The notes below the pieces were generated by a model, which saw only the letters and a list, made by a program, of their open reading frames with translations, was not told where the DNA came from and did not search any database. From assembly GCA_965248755.1 (NCBI GenBank), contig OZ252149.1:2944001-3008000 (forward strand): DNA of 64,000 nt, given 5' to 3'. Shown here piece after piece: positions 30,451 to 40,660 of this stretch. Each line of letters opens with the position of its first letter. The first letter of the stretch is position 1. This DNA is from Candidatus Latescibacterota bacterium (lineage in GTDB: Bacteria > Latescibacterota > CBDEFO01). The position numbers were made by a program, and so were the translations under genes.

Positions 30451-30832
30451 ATACGACCGCAAGCGGAGTCCTGAAGGGCCGAATCAGTGTGTCTTTTGCT
30501 CTTGAAGGGGTGGGAACGGTTGTTATCTAAAATAGCGGGATCAGGGATGGAGACAGATGAAGACAAGCCAGCGCAAGATGGCTTCGCAATAGCCTTTGCG
30601 TATAGGTACTTAAGGACATTTAGCAGAGGGGGACTGCCACATTGTTTTGTGAGTCGATGGAGAGGTGTCTCCGATTGGAGGATTTAAACACAAAGAAAGT
30701 GATAATTCAGAGGAAAATACTATTTTAATTGAAAACAGTACTTGTTGAAAAATGTAAAAGTGGTAATATTCATTCACAAACAAGATTGTATCGAAATATA
30801 ACCCCTCATGAATGTGATATGGGGAATGTCGG
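30217..30832 (+). repeat. About 615-bp direct repeat, copy 1
   Basis: Gene 3' end plus intergenic DNA plus IS right end; repeated with scattered differences at 31413-32030. Confidence 0.92.
30633..30832 (+). mobile_element. Solo IS1380 right end (no transposase)
   Basis: Matches the reverse complement of 36387-36586; ends ATGGGGAATGTCGG. Confidence 0.9.
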
Positions 30833-30862
30833 CTGAGTCCAACAGTTCACAGGATAAACCTT

Positions 30863-31339
30863 TTGACCTTCACAGTTGGTGCTTTCGCAATCATTTTCGA
30901 CACCTCTAGGCGCGTCTTACTGTGCCACCGCCGTGATATGGATGTATGGAACTTGCCTGGTGGCGCCCTCGAAAGCGGCGAGCTTCCATCAGAGGCAGTG
31001 GTGCGTGAAACGCAAGAGGAAACCGGACTGGTCGTGGAGATTGAGAAACTTGTCGGTGTCTACGGCAAGGAAGGCAAGGATGACATTGTATTTGCCTTCG
31101 CTTGCCGCATAGCTTCGGGAGACTTCTCCCCGACTGAAGAGGCCGATGACTGCACGTATTTCAACCTAGATGAGCTTCCTGTCAATACCATCCCCAGGCA
31201 AGTGGAGCGTATTCGCGATGCAGCTACCTCGCCTGCGGAACCGCTCTTCCGTCGTCAATCCGGTCCCTCAACAGCTGATCTTCTTAGGGCAATTGTTCCA
31301 GCGGGACCTGGGCGTCTTTCTTCGCCATCAGACGAATAG
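30863..31339 (+). CDS. NUDIX hydrolase
   Basis: Nudix box GGALESGELPSEAVVRETQEETG. Confidence 0.92.
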   Translation: MTFTVGAFAIIFDTSRRVLLCHRRDMDVWNLPGGALESGELPSEAVVRETQEETGLVVEIEKLVGVYGKEGKDDIVFAFACRIASGDFSPTEEADDCTYFNLDELPVNTIPRQVERIRDAATSPAEPLFRRQSGPSTADLLRAIVPAGPGRLSSPSDE

Positions 31340-31412
31340 TAGCGAGAGCCCCCAATTGCTGCTTGCGCGGACTGGACGCCTCGTTCTCCCATTTGTAGAC
31401 AGTCTGGCCTGT

Positions 31413-31646
31413 GACGCCGAAGAGTGGCAGCGCACCGTTCCGGACGAGGAGGGCTGCGTCTACCGCGGTGTGCTTCTGGATCAAGGCGTCGTAGATCTCC
31501 CCGCGATTCTGAAGAAACTTCGGGAGCACGACTATCAAGGAGACTTTCTCATCGAATACCAGGGCGAAGAAGACCCGCGCAACGCGATGCTCCAGGACGT
31601 CGCTTGTGCCAGGGATCTTCTCAAAGAGGCTGGGTTTGCGGGCTGA
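31413..31646 (+). pseudogene. Duplicated 3' fragment of the TIM-barrel gene
   Basis: EWQRTVPDE...LKEAGFAG nearly identical to 30217-30450. Confidence 0.9.
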
Positions 31647-31830
31647 ATACGACCGCAAGCGGAGTCTTTAAGGGCTGGTTCAGTGTGTTTCTTGCTCTTG
31701 AAGGGGCGGGAACGGTTATTATCTAAAATAGCGGGATCAGGGATGGAGAGACAGATGAAGACAAGCCAGCGCAAGATGTCTTCGCAAGAGCCTGTACGTA
31801 TAGGTACTCAAGGACATTTAGCAGAGGGGG

Positions 31831-32030
31831 ACTGCCACATTGTTTTGTGAGTCGATGGAGAGGTGTCTCCGATTGTAGGATTTAAACACAAAGAAAGTGA
31901 TAATTCAGAGGAAAATACTATTTTAATTGAAAACAGTACTTGTTGAAAAATGTAAAAGTGGTAATATTCATTCACAAACAAGATTGTATCGAAATATAAC
32001 CCCTCATGAATGTGATATGGGGAATGTCGG
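31831..32030 (+). mobile_element. Solo IS1380 right end
   Basis: Near-identical to 30633-30832. Confidence 0.9.
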
Positions 32031-32047
32031 ATCGAATCTTAACCTGG

Positions 32048-32073
32048 CATGAATCTGATATGGGGAACGTCGG
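32048..32073 (+). mobile_element. 26-bp variant IS1380 right terminus
   Basis: CATGAATCTGATATGGGGAACGTCGG versus CATGAATGTGATATGGGGAATGTCGG. Confidence 0.8.
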
Positions 32074-32273
32074 CTATAAGCCGTTCGACTTCGACCGTTA
32101 TGAACTAAACGTAGGACACTGGAAATTGAAAAAGAAGGAGAACCAATTCTTCATAGCTCATGCAATTAATGATGGTCGGAATTATACGTTGCCTATAGTT
32201 TTTATAGATAAAAACTGGTTGGCATTAGGCAATAGAGAGTTCCGGAGAGCGAGCCAGTGGGAATAAAAGAGAG

Positions 32274-33002
32274 ATGAATACAGAGAGAATAAAATATTTA
32301 ATGAATAGAGCAATAAAGTACCCTGCCTTTTTTGACGAACACAATATTAAATTAAATAATGTAGTTGATGTAGGTGCTCAGGCGGGACAAGTTTCTCTAC
32401 TCTGCCTTAAAAGGAACCCACAGGCCAGAGTATTGGCAATTGAGCCAGTTAGAGAACACTTTGAAGACGCTAAAGAAGTTATTGGGGGATATAAGAACGT
32501 CATCCTTGTAAAAAAGGCGGTGGCAAGATATAAGGGCACAAGACAGATAAGATTTAGAATGAACCCTTCTGGTTTTTTTTCAAGTGGACATCTAGTGGGG
32601 CTAGATCCTAAGTATGATGTATTGCAAGAGTCAGAAGAGGTGGAAACTGACACACTTTTAAACATACTTAATCAATTCGGCTTCCAACATGTAGATTTTA
32701 TGAAGATAGATATTGAAGGAGCGGAAGTTCTTCTTATAGATGATTTAAAAGAGATCGTTAAGTTTACAAATTGTTTCAATATAGAATTATTTGAGTATCC
32801 CAAAGAGGATCACTACGAAATATTGAAAATATTTTCGGATGAGCAATTTAGATGTTTTGATGAACTGAGGGGGATAGAATTATTCAGCCTTGAAGGTGTT
32901 AGAAACTATTTACGCCTTCGAGATAATGTACCAACATTATGGTATCTCAAGAACCGGGAGGATACAACTGAACATAGAGGATTGGATCAAAAGACAGGCT
33001 GA
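32274..33002 (+). CDS. FkbM family methyltransferase
   Basis: VVDVGAQAG, LAIEP, DFMKIDIEGAE; AT-rich relative to the flanks. Confidence 0.88.
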   Translation: MNTERIKYLMNRAIKYPAFFDEHNIKLNNVVDVGAQAGQVSLLCLKRNPQARVLAIEPVREHFEDAKEVIGGYKNVILVKKAVARYKGTRQIRFRMNPSGFFSSGHLVGLDPKYDVLQESEEVETDTLLNILNQFGFQHVDFMKIDIEGAEVLLIDDLKEIVKFTNCFNIELFEYPKEDHYEILKIFSDEQFRCFDELRGIELFSLEGVRNYLRLRDNVPTLWYLKNREDTTEHRGLDQKTG

Positions 33003-33035
33003 TTTCCATACGGGAAGCTGTCAGAATAGTGGTAG

Positions 33036-33118
33036 ATACATAAGCACGGACTCCGTAGATAGGGCACCCTGAAAGACATGACTGCTGTCTTCAGGCTTGT
33101 GAGTCCGTGCTTATGTAT
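33036..33118. repeat. 83-nt nested inverted repeat
   Basis: ATACATAAGCACGGACTC / GAGTCCGTGCTTATGTAT perfect 18-bp arms with an inner CCTGAAAGACA / TGTCTTCAGG stem. Confidence 0.8.
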
Positions 33119-33192
33119 ATGTCATGCAAGCTACAGGGTCGCCTTAACTGCATCTAGATCAATGTTGATCCCTTCATGATCAAAGACATTCA

Positions 33193-33460
33193 TTAGACCA
33201 GACCAGTGTGGTTCTTCTGCATCAATCTCCTCTCGAAATGGATTGAAAACTGGTGGATGGCCAAGCTCCAATCCCTGATGGGCTTCGTCCACTGCTTACT
33301 GATATTTCTTAACGTCATATACAATAATTTAATCGCTGCCACGTCATTTGGGAAGGTGTTTCTGTTCTTTATCACCTGCCGTAGAGAGTTTTTGAGCGAT
33401 TCGATGGCGTTTGTCGTGTAGATCACCTTTCGGATCTCTTCACAATAGGCGAAAAACGGG
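33193..33460 (-). pseudogene. IS256-family transposase C-terminal fragment
   Basis: IRKVIYTTNAIESL...FPND...KLLY...W motif. Confidence 0.88.
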
Positions 33461-33489
33461 TTTAAAGCCCTCACGCTCTGCGTGGGGGT

Positions 33490-33800
33490 TCTTTACTACA
33501 TCCGGTGGTGAAAACATCTCGACAATAGCAGTGGAACAGACGGTAGTCAAACACCCAGCCGTTCTGGAGTGTGCCGTTGTTGCTGTACCTGGGTTGTACC
33601 TGATGAAAAATGGGGTGAATGCCCCAAGGCTTTTGTCACCTTGAAAGATTCTGAGTATGCCACCGAAGCGGAGATCATCGCATTCTGCCGGGAACATCTG
33701 GCTCACTTCAATTGCCCGGATGCCGTGGCGGCGAACTGCCTAAAACCTCCACTGGCAAAGTACAGAAATACGTGTTACGCGATAAACGAATCAACTAATT
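33490..33800 (+). pseudogene. Acyl-CoA synthetase C-terminal fragment (frameshifted)
   Basis: SGGENIST..VEQ..HPAVLECAVV, then DEKWGECPKAFV in another frame. Confidence 0.82.
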
Positions 33801-33873
33801 CGGCTTGCGGAGTGCTCTCTGGCTGCCATTTCTATTGGCATTTATATTTTGCGAACCGACATTGGAGGACGTG

Positions 33874-35043
33874 ATGTATACAGGTTTTGATTTCTATAAA
33901 CTCGATAGCCAGCTAAGCGAAGAACAGCGCCATCTACGCAATCAGGTGCAGACCTACGTTGAGTATCACGTGCATCCCTATATCAATCCATATTGGGAGC
34001 GGGCTGAGTTTCCCTACGAAATCGTCATGGGTTTGAAAGACCTACGTATTATGGGTGGAACCCTAAAAGGGTACGGTTGCGCCGGACTCGATTCACTGGC
34101 AATGGGATTGGTCGCGTGTGAACTGGCCAGGGGAGATGGTTCAGTTTGTACTTTCTATATCGTCCACTCGGGGTTGGCCATGGGATCTATTGGGTTACTA
34201 GGTTCTGAGGAACAGCGTGAGCGCTGGCTACCCAAAATGGCGCTATTAGAAAAAATCGGTGCGTTCGGACTCACCGAGCCTGAGCGTGGCTCCGACGCTT
34301 CTCATGTGCTAACCTCCGCTCGCCGTGAGGGAAAGAACTATATCCTGAATGGGGCCAAGTCCTGGATTGGCAATGCTTCTATTGCTGACTTGATTATCAT
34401 CTGGGCCAGGGATCAGGAAGGCGGGTTCGGCGGTTTTGTCCTTGAGAATCCTCGTGAAGTTGACGGGGTAAAGATCGAGGATATTACCGGAAAGATCACC
34501 ATGCGTGCGGTTCCCACTTCCCACATCACACTTGAAAACGTCCGGATTCCCGAGGCCAATCGGTTGGCAGGGAGCCACTCCTTTCGCGACACAGCCAGGG
34601 TGCTCACTTACAATCGCTATGCGGTTGTCTGGGAAGCCCTTGGGTTAGCCGCAGCCGCTTTTGAACGGGCGTTAAAGTATACCAAAGAACGAGAGCAGTT
34701 CGGACGACCACTTGCCGGCTTCCAATTAATCCAGGAGAAGCTGGTAGAAATGGCCGCTGAACTAACTCAGATGCAATTACTGTGTTTTCAACTTGCACGG
34801 CTTATGGCAACCGATCAGATGAGCGAGGGCATGGTGTCTCTGGCTAAGTACAACAATGCCCGAAAAGCTCGCCACATTGTTGGGCTGGCTCGGGAAGCCA
34901 TGGGAGCAAGCGGCGTGCTGCTCGAAAATCACGTTGCTCGTTTCTTTACCGATGCCGAGGCTATTTACACCTACGAAGGCACCAATGAGATTAACCTGCT
35001 TATTGCTGGCCGCGAAATTACAGGCATAAATGCAATCGTCTGA
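33874..35043 (+). CDS. Acyl-CoA dehydrogenase (glutaryl-CoA dehydrogenase-like)
   Basis: FGLTEPERGSD, LNGAKSWIGN, REQFGRPL, TYEGTNEIN. Confidence 0.92.
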   Translation: MYTGFDFYKLDSQLSEEQRHLRNQVQTYVEYHVHPYINPYWERAEFPYEIVMGLKDLRIMGGTLKGYGCAGLDSLAMGLVACELARGDGSVCTFYIVHSGLAMGSIGLLGSEEQRERWLPKMALLEKIGAFGLTEPERGSDASHVLTSARREGKNYILNGAKSWIGNASIADLIIIWARDQEGGFGGFVLENPREVDGVKIEDITGKITMRAVPTSHITLENVRIPEANRLAGSHSFRDTARVLTYNRYAVVWEALGLAAAAFERALKYTKEREQFGRPLAGFQLIQEKLVEMAAELTQMQLLCFQLARLMATDQMSEGMVSLAKYNNARKARHIVGLAREAMGASGVLLENHVARFFTDAEAIYTYEGTNEINLLIAGREITGINAIV

Positions 35044-35171
35044 TCAGGCAAGTTATTATCGGTTAATACCCCCACGTTCTACATGGGGGTTCTTTACTTA
35101 GGTAAGGACATTTCAGGAGAGGGGAACTGCCGCATTTGCTAACTAGCAAGTAATAGGGTTTCATGGCATCC

Positions 35172-35198
35172 CTGGATTCCCGTTTCCACGGGAATGAC
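35172..35198. repeat. ATTCCC-N8-GGGAAT palindrome (dRS3-like pattern)
   Basis: ctggATTCCCgtttccacGGGAATgac. Confidence 0.6.
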
Positions 35199-35324
35199 AT
35201 TAATTCATGAAATTGTTGCGCTTCCTGAAATTGAGGGGACTTCTTTCTCATCTCCTCAAACATCTCCAGGTTTTCCACATCTTCTATCCGCTCTAACATC
35301 TCTCTGTGCTCACGTATATGACAC

Positions 35325-35718
35325 TTAAAATATGACAGCCCCCTGCCTGGGGACCGGTGTTATAAGCTGACCGCAGGCGGCGGAGATATCTCTGAGCCGA
35401 TCTATGCCGGGCACAAATCCTGCCGTGGAGACGGTTATCTTGCGAGCGCCGATCCCGAGTCCCATCTCCAGACCCATGAGCCTTATGGCCCTGACCACGT
35501 TTTTGTAGTTCAGGAGCGGCTCTCCCATACCCATCATCACCACGTTGGTGATGCCGTCGTCTATCTGCTTATGATGTCTCCTGACGGATATGAGCTGATC
35601 TATAATCTCTGCGGCAGAGAGGTTCCGTATCAGCCCCATCCTTGCGGTCGAACAGAAGGTGCATCCCAGAGCACACCCGACCTGAGAGGATACGCAGACC
35701 GTCCTGCGTTTCCCTTCG
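35325..35718 (-). pseudogene. rlmN: Partial rlmN duplicate with internal in-frame deletion
   Basis: [15 protein letters not shown]...RLRD fused to ISAACGQ; diverged copy of 40889-41658. Confidence 0.92.
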
Positions 35719-35826
35719 ACGTCCTCAAGTGCATATCGAAGGACTTTCACGTTAGGATGGTCTAGACCGAGGACCTTCTTACTGATTGTCAGTGCCCGCT
35801 TGAAGAGAGGCTGGATCTCACACCCC

Positions 35827-36386
35827 TTACCTCCCAGCAGTCCCTCTGGGCACGTTGAGGTCTAGACCAAGCTGTTTTGCCACCAAAAGTTGCATGGCCG
35901 AATTGAAATTTAGAGTGGATTGATCGGTGCCACTAGCACCGCCAGAACCACCCATAACCAGCTGCGGAACCTGACGTTTTGCATAAGCATCAGCCCAAAA
36001 CTTCATCACCTTTTCGTAAGTCTCAAGCTTTATCTTTAAGGAGCCGTCTGCCTTCATTATCAGCCTTTTGCGTTCGGCTTCGCCCTGGCCCAGCAGGATT
36101 TCGCGCTGCTTTTGGAGTTCTGCGGCCTGCCGCTGCAGCTTGGCTACCTCAAGCTCCTGTTGGGCTCGCAATTCGGCGACCTCTTTTTCCTGCAGGGCTT
36201 CAACCACAGCACGAATCTTCTCCTCCTCCTTTTCGTACTGGGCTTTAATGACATTGGCTTTACCTACGGCCTCTTTAGTCAGCTTTTCCTGCTCGGCCTG
36301 CTGCGCTTTGGCCCGAGCAGTAGCCACCGCCATTAATGCTTCCTGTTGAGCAGAAATCTGAGCTGAGACCTTTTTCTCGTACTTAT
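35827..36386 (-). pseudogene. SPFH/Band-7-like gene, C-terminal coiled-coil part (IS-disrupted)
   Basis: Ala/Glu/Gln-rich coiled coil; rejoins the N-terminal part in frame when the IS is removed. Confidence 0.8.
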
Positions 36387-38012
36387 CCGACATTCCCCAT
36401 ATCACATTCATGAGGGATTATATTTCGATACATTCTTGTTTCTGAATTAATATTACCACTTTTACATTTTTCAACAAGTACTTTTTTCAATTAAAATAGT
36501 ATTTTCCTCTGAATTATCACTTTCTTTGTGTTTAAATCCTCCAATTAGAGACACCTCTCCATCGACTCACAAAAAAATGTGGCAGTTTAAACAGAATAAC
36601 ATCGCAATCGTTCAATCCGGGATAATATTTCGGCAAATAACCTCTTGTCTATCCCAACCTCAGCCATTTGAAACGTAATATATCCGCTGTGTCTGACAAT
36701 CTTCGCTCCGATTTTGATAAATTTCACGAGGAGGCTGCGTAGTGACCAGTGTTTGATTTTCTTCGGAAGAACAAAACGTCGCAGGAAGTTGCCCAAGTTG
36801 TAAGCCAGAACAAACAGCCAGAGCCTCACCTGATTGGAGACGAAACGCTTGCATGAGAGTCGGGTCCAGTTCAGAGCATACTTGCCCTCCTTAATCCACT
36901 GCTCAGCTCTGCCACGGCCATTGTAGAAGTGTACCACGCCTTCTGGCTTGGCGCTCATGTTGGTCACGATAAATCCCACTCTTGGGAATAACTCCCCTTG
37001 GTGCCATTCAACCTTGGCGACCACTCGCCTCGATTGATCCCAACTGGCCGCTTTATATTGAAATTCATATAACGATACAATCGGTTTCCTCGGCGGTCGT
37101 CCAACTGGCCGAGTCAGCAGGTATCGTATCTTTTCATAGAGTATCTCATTTGCGGGAAGCCGAATGGCATACAAATAGCCGTTTCCCTCCAGATAATCAT
37201 AAATCTCAGGCTTTGCGAATGCAGCATCGCCTCGAAAGTATTTCCTATTCTTCTTGCTCTCGTATCTCTTGACGATCGGTTCCAGAACTTCCTTCCAACG
37301 ATCAGCACTGTGAACATTACCAGAGCGAAGTAGGACTCCTTCACAATCCCCGAACTGATTGAAGCAGAACACTGGATGAAAACAGGTACATCCGAAATGA
37401 CCGTTGTAAGCTGATCCTTCCTGCTGGCCATGTACCGGACTCTCCGAACTGTCCATGTCCAGAATGATTCGTTGATGCTGTGTTTTACTCATCGCTTTTT
37501 GAACCCACTTGCCATTGATATCTGACAAGTTTCTGAGATTGTCATGCTGAGTCAGTATATCAGTTTCAAAACGTCCTATCGTGTTGGAGCTGGCAGCTTG
37601 CCTGCCTTTGTCCTTCTTTCCGGTAATCGCTCGCATGACGGGATCAACGGATAATCGCTCGGCGTCATTTACATCTTCATATCCTGCAAGACGGCTGTAT
37701 ATCGATTGACGCAGGAGAGTAGATATATCATGTTGGATATTACGGCCTGTGCGTTTATCGGTAAAAACCGCTGATACCGAATCAAATAATCCCAGTGCGT
37801 AATCAAGGTCACGATACGCAAGAAGTCCACCGTTTGATGTCACCTTTGCACCATGAAATTCAAGCTTTATTCCTCCATCAAAACCTACTTTCATTCTTTC
37901 ACCCTCTGGATGATCAATATTTATCCGCCATTTATGAGTCTTATTTATTGTAATATAACATGTTCTGGCGACTTTGACAACCATTTTTCGGGTCTAATAT
38001 GGCGAATGGGGG
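36387..38012 (-). mobile_element. IS1380-family insertion sequence, copy 1
   Basis: Ends CCCCCATTCGCCAT and ATGGGGAATGTCGG; flanks CTTAT / ATTAT; appears identical to 60429-62054. Confidence 0.92.
36587..37984 (-). CDS. IS1380-family DDE transposase
   Basis: TSNGGLL, GYEDVND, LDMDS, RGDAAF, FYNGRGRAEQWIKEGK; true start probably near 37894. Confidence 0.92.
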   Translation of the reverse strand: MVVKVARTCYITINKTHKWRINIDHPEGERMKVGFDGGIKLEFHGAKVTSNGGLLAYRDLDYALGLFDSVSAVFTDKRTGRNIQHDISTLLRQSIYSRLAGYEDVNDAERLSVDPVMRAITGKKDKGRQAASSNTIGRFETDILTQHDNLRNLSDINGKWVQKAMSKTQHQRIILDMDSSESPVHGQQEGSAYNGHFGCTCFHPVFCFNQFGDCEGVLLRSGNVHSADRWKEVLEPIVKRYESKKNRKYFRGDAAFAKPEIYDYLEGNGYLYAIRLPANEILYEKIRYLLTRPVGRPPRKPIVSLYEFQYKAASWDQSRRVVAKVEWHQGELFPRVGFIVTNMSAKPEGVVHFYNGRGRAEQWIKEGKYALNWTRLSCKRFVSNQVRLWLFVLAYNLGNFLRRFVLPKKIKHWSLRSLLVKFIKIGAKIVRHSGYITFQMAEVGIDKRLFAEILSRIERLRCYSV

Positions 38013-38705
38013 ATTATACTCCTTAATCTCAAAGTTCGCTAACCTTATTCCAAGACCCTCAAACGGACTATGCTGGTAAGCAGTCTTACCAGAAGCATCA
38101 CGTTTAATGATCTTATAAGTTCGGGTAATCTCTTCGCCCGAGATTTGGTCAACCACTTTCTTGGTCTCTTCGGTTGTCTCGTAAAGGCCATTCTGGATCT
38201 GATCCCATGCCCAAAAGTTAAAGTCAGTACGCTTTTCCGAGTAGGACTCTCGGGCTGACATGAGGTTGGCCGTCAAACGGAGTGCATTTCGAATAGTGGG
38301 CAGAATCAGCTTTTGCTCAACGTCCCGGTAGCTTCTGTAACCTGCTACGACGACCAAATCCACAGCTTGAGATTCTGTCGTTGGTAAAACGATACGGCAC
38401 GTACCAGAGATTTTGCAAAGAGAACCATCGTTAAAGCGTACCTCAATGCTCTCGTCACGCCTTGCTCCTTCACGGTCGTCGGCCGTAAAATAAAAAGTTT
38501 CCGCTTTTGGCCAAGCTTCTATATCGCCAAAAAACTGCGACCAGAGACCTGGCTCCATCTTAGCTTTCATGGTGCCGGTGATGGCTGTCTGTTTTATTTG
38601 GTAGGTTCCCTTCTCAACTGTCTCAAATAGCTGACCAGCAATAGCCACCGCCACAATTATACAGGCTCCGATAACGGAGAGCATTACTATCCTACGGGTA
38701 TCCAT
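38013..38705 (-). pseudogene. SPFH/Band-7-like gene, N-terminal part (IS-disrupted)
   Basis: TM helix, IEVRFNDG, LILPTIRNAL; runs into the IS left end. Confidence 0.75.
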
Positions 38706-38764
38706 TGTATCCTCCGTTGGTGTAGAAATACGAGTACCCATTGCATCCCTTACTGACGTAGAAG

Positions 38765-39106
38765 TTACGACTCCTGATCCTCTTTGTTCTTCTGTTCCCT
38801 CTTAGAGTCTGAAATGGTCCGATCGAATTGACTCATTTCGTGCTCTATTTTTAACTCGTATGACCTCCTCTCTATCTCCTCAAGTTGCTCGTCAATATCG
38901 GCGATCTCTTCTTCAGTCTTTACCTCCTCTCTTAATAGTTCTAGTTCTCTTCGTTTCTGTTCTAACTCATCTTTTCTCCATTGGATTATAGCATCGGTAT
39001 CCTCCTCCTTTTTTTGGGGGGCAAGTCGGTCAATTAATGGCCTACCTACAAACCAAAAGAGAAGAAGAAATACCACAATAACGAGTAACCACGAAAAACT
39101 AAACAT
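38765..39106 (-). CDS. Membrane-anchored coiled-coil hypothetical protein
   Basis: N-terminal TM, charged coiled coil, AAAGGAG RBS; upstream of the SPFH-like gene. Confidence 0.75.
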   Translation of the reverse strand: MFSFSWLLVIVVFLLLFWFVGRPLIDRLAPQKKEEDTDAIIQWRKDELEQKRRELELLREEVKTEEEIADIDEQLEEIERRSYELKIEHEMSQFDRTISDSKREQKNKEDQES

Positions 39107-39420
39107 GGCCTACTCCTTTCTGGTATGAGATATTCTCTAATGTTGTGGATGGAGTTTGAGCGTATCCTTCCTTTCTCCCTATCTCGGGGATTTATGAGTT
39201 TGATCTCCTGGGGAAAGGCAGGTGAGGCAGTCCACAAATATAGAGATGCAATCATAAATGCTTTGGAACGTTGCTTTATTTTGGGAGTTCCTTTCAACTC
39301 AACTCACTAGCTGAGAAGAAAAAATCGAAAGCATCAAGAATCGCCAACATTCAATATGTTTAGAGATGAGCTGGTTCTTGCGTGCTATCACTGTTTTTGG
39401 GGGTGGTGGGTACAATTTCG

Positions 39421-39550
39421 GCTTAAGGGCCGTGCATAAAGCAAGGCGGAATTTTAAACCGCTTACCTGTCTTCCGAGACCGATGTTTATTTATAGTTTT
39501 TCATATTCATTTACCACACTCTGCCCGCTTTGCTTTATGCTATGTTGGGC
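39421..39550 (-). other. Integron attC-like site
   Basis: Minus strand GCCCAAC atagcataaagcaaagcggg ... ccgccttgctttatgc acggcc CTTAAGC; imperfect palindrome right after the kelch stop. Confidence 0.7.
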
Positions 39551-39555
39551 GCGGG

Positions 39556-40357
39556 TTATTTATTTTTCAGTTCACCAATTAAAGTGCTTTTAGGGTTATT
39601 ATCTCCTCCAATGATGTAAACCTTGTTGTCAAGTTGTGCAATACCAAACCGGTTTCTCCATCCTGGCATTGGATCTAACTGTGTCCACAGGTCATTTTCA
39701 AAGTCGTATCGCTCTATTGGTCCTTTGTCCTGTCGAACTCGTCCGGCTATGGCATAGGCATAATTGTCTATGGTTACAAGTCCGAAGAAGCCCCTTGGTG
39801 TCGGCATTTTTGATTTTGTTTTCCATTTGTCAGTATCGGTGTCATATTCCTCTACAATGCCTGTTGGCCCGGTATCTGTATAACCGCCCACAACCAGTAT
39901 TTTGTTCTTAATTACAACTGCCGAATGTCCGTGTTTTGGTGTGGGCATATCAGCCTTTCGTGTCCAGGAATCTTTTTTAGGGTCGTACTGCTCAACGGCA
40001 GTTGAATTCTTACAATCGTTGTCGTTTGTTCCTTCAAGGCCTCCTATTGCATAGATTTTTCCATCATACGCAACTGTTGCCAGTCTGCTCCTTGAAACCG
40101 TCAGGTCTTTACAGGATGTCCATTTTTTTTCAATTATGTCATACTTCTCTATTGTTGACGAATACTGCCTTGAATAGTCCATGCCTCCGGTAACGTAAAT
40201 CGAGTTTGCAAGAATTGTCCCGCCAATAAAAAGTCTTGGTGTCGGTAAGGAGTCTAATGTTGTCCAACTGTCGGCATTGGTGTCATGGACTTCAAAGGCA
40301 CCTCCATTGTCTCCGCGTGAATAAAAACAAGGTCAATATTGTCAAAGTCTTTGTCAT
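39556..40357 (-). pseudogene. Kelch-repeat protein gene cassette, 5' frameshifted
   Basis: IYAIGG...YD...W repeats; leader MTKTLTILTLFLFT at 40357 is out of frame with the kelch body. Confidence 0.8.
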
Positions 40358-40367
40358 TTTAACTTGC

Positions 40368-40660
40368 GCCCAACTTGTTTATATCCGAACTATTTCTCAT
40401 ATCTTTCTATTTAGCCTGATTAATTCATAAACTTGCTGGAGTCATTGCCAGGGGCAAAGCGACGAAGCAATCTCAAGGTTTTATAGTGGTCTCCTATGCG
40501 AGCCGGAGAGTATTACATTTACCAGAAAATCTAGATCGCTTCGCATTCGGCTCGCAATGACACCCAAGGTGGTAAACGGCATAACTAAATATAGTACAAT
40601 CCCTTAATTAATAGACGGCTTTTTTTGTGAATTATTCGGGTTAGGTGTGATATCCGAACT
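40368..40660 (-). other. attI-like region interrupted by a MITE
   Basis: GTTGGGC core at 40374-40368 preceded by two AGTTCGGATAT direct repeats. Confidence 0.45.
40412..40643. mobile_element. MITE-like element, copy 2
   Basis: Homologous over its full length to 11991-12225; TA at both boundaries. Confidence 0.75.

Noticed and set aside
31170..31646. 158-aa ORF as an intact gene
   Set aside because: Chimera of an out-of-frame NUDIX segment and the duplicated TIM-barrel 3' end.
32006..32266. ORFs beginning MNVIWGMSD (also at 36411)
   Set aside because: The start codons lie in the IS right end; these are junction fusions rather than native genes.
35063..35299. 78-aa ORF as an antitoxin gene
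   Set aside because: Only the first 30 or so codons look antitoxin-like; the rest reads through repeats, so it is at best a relic.
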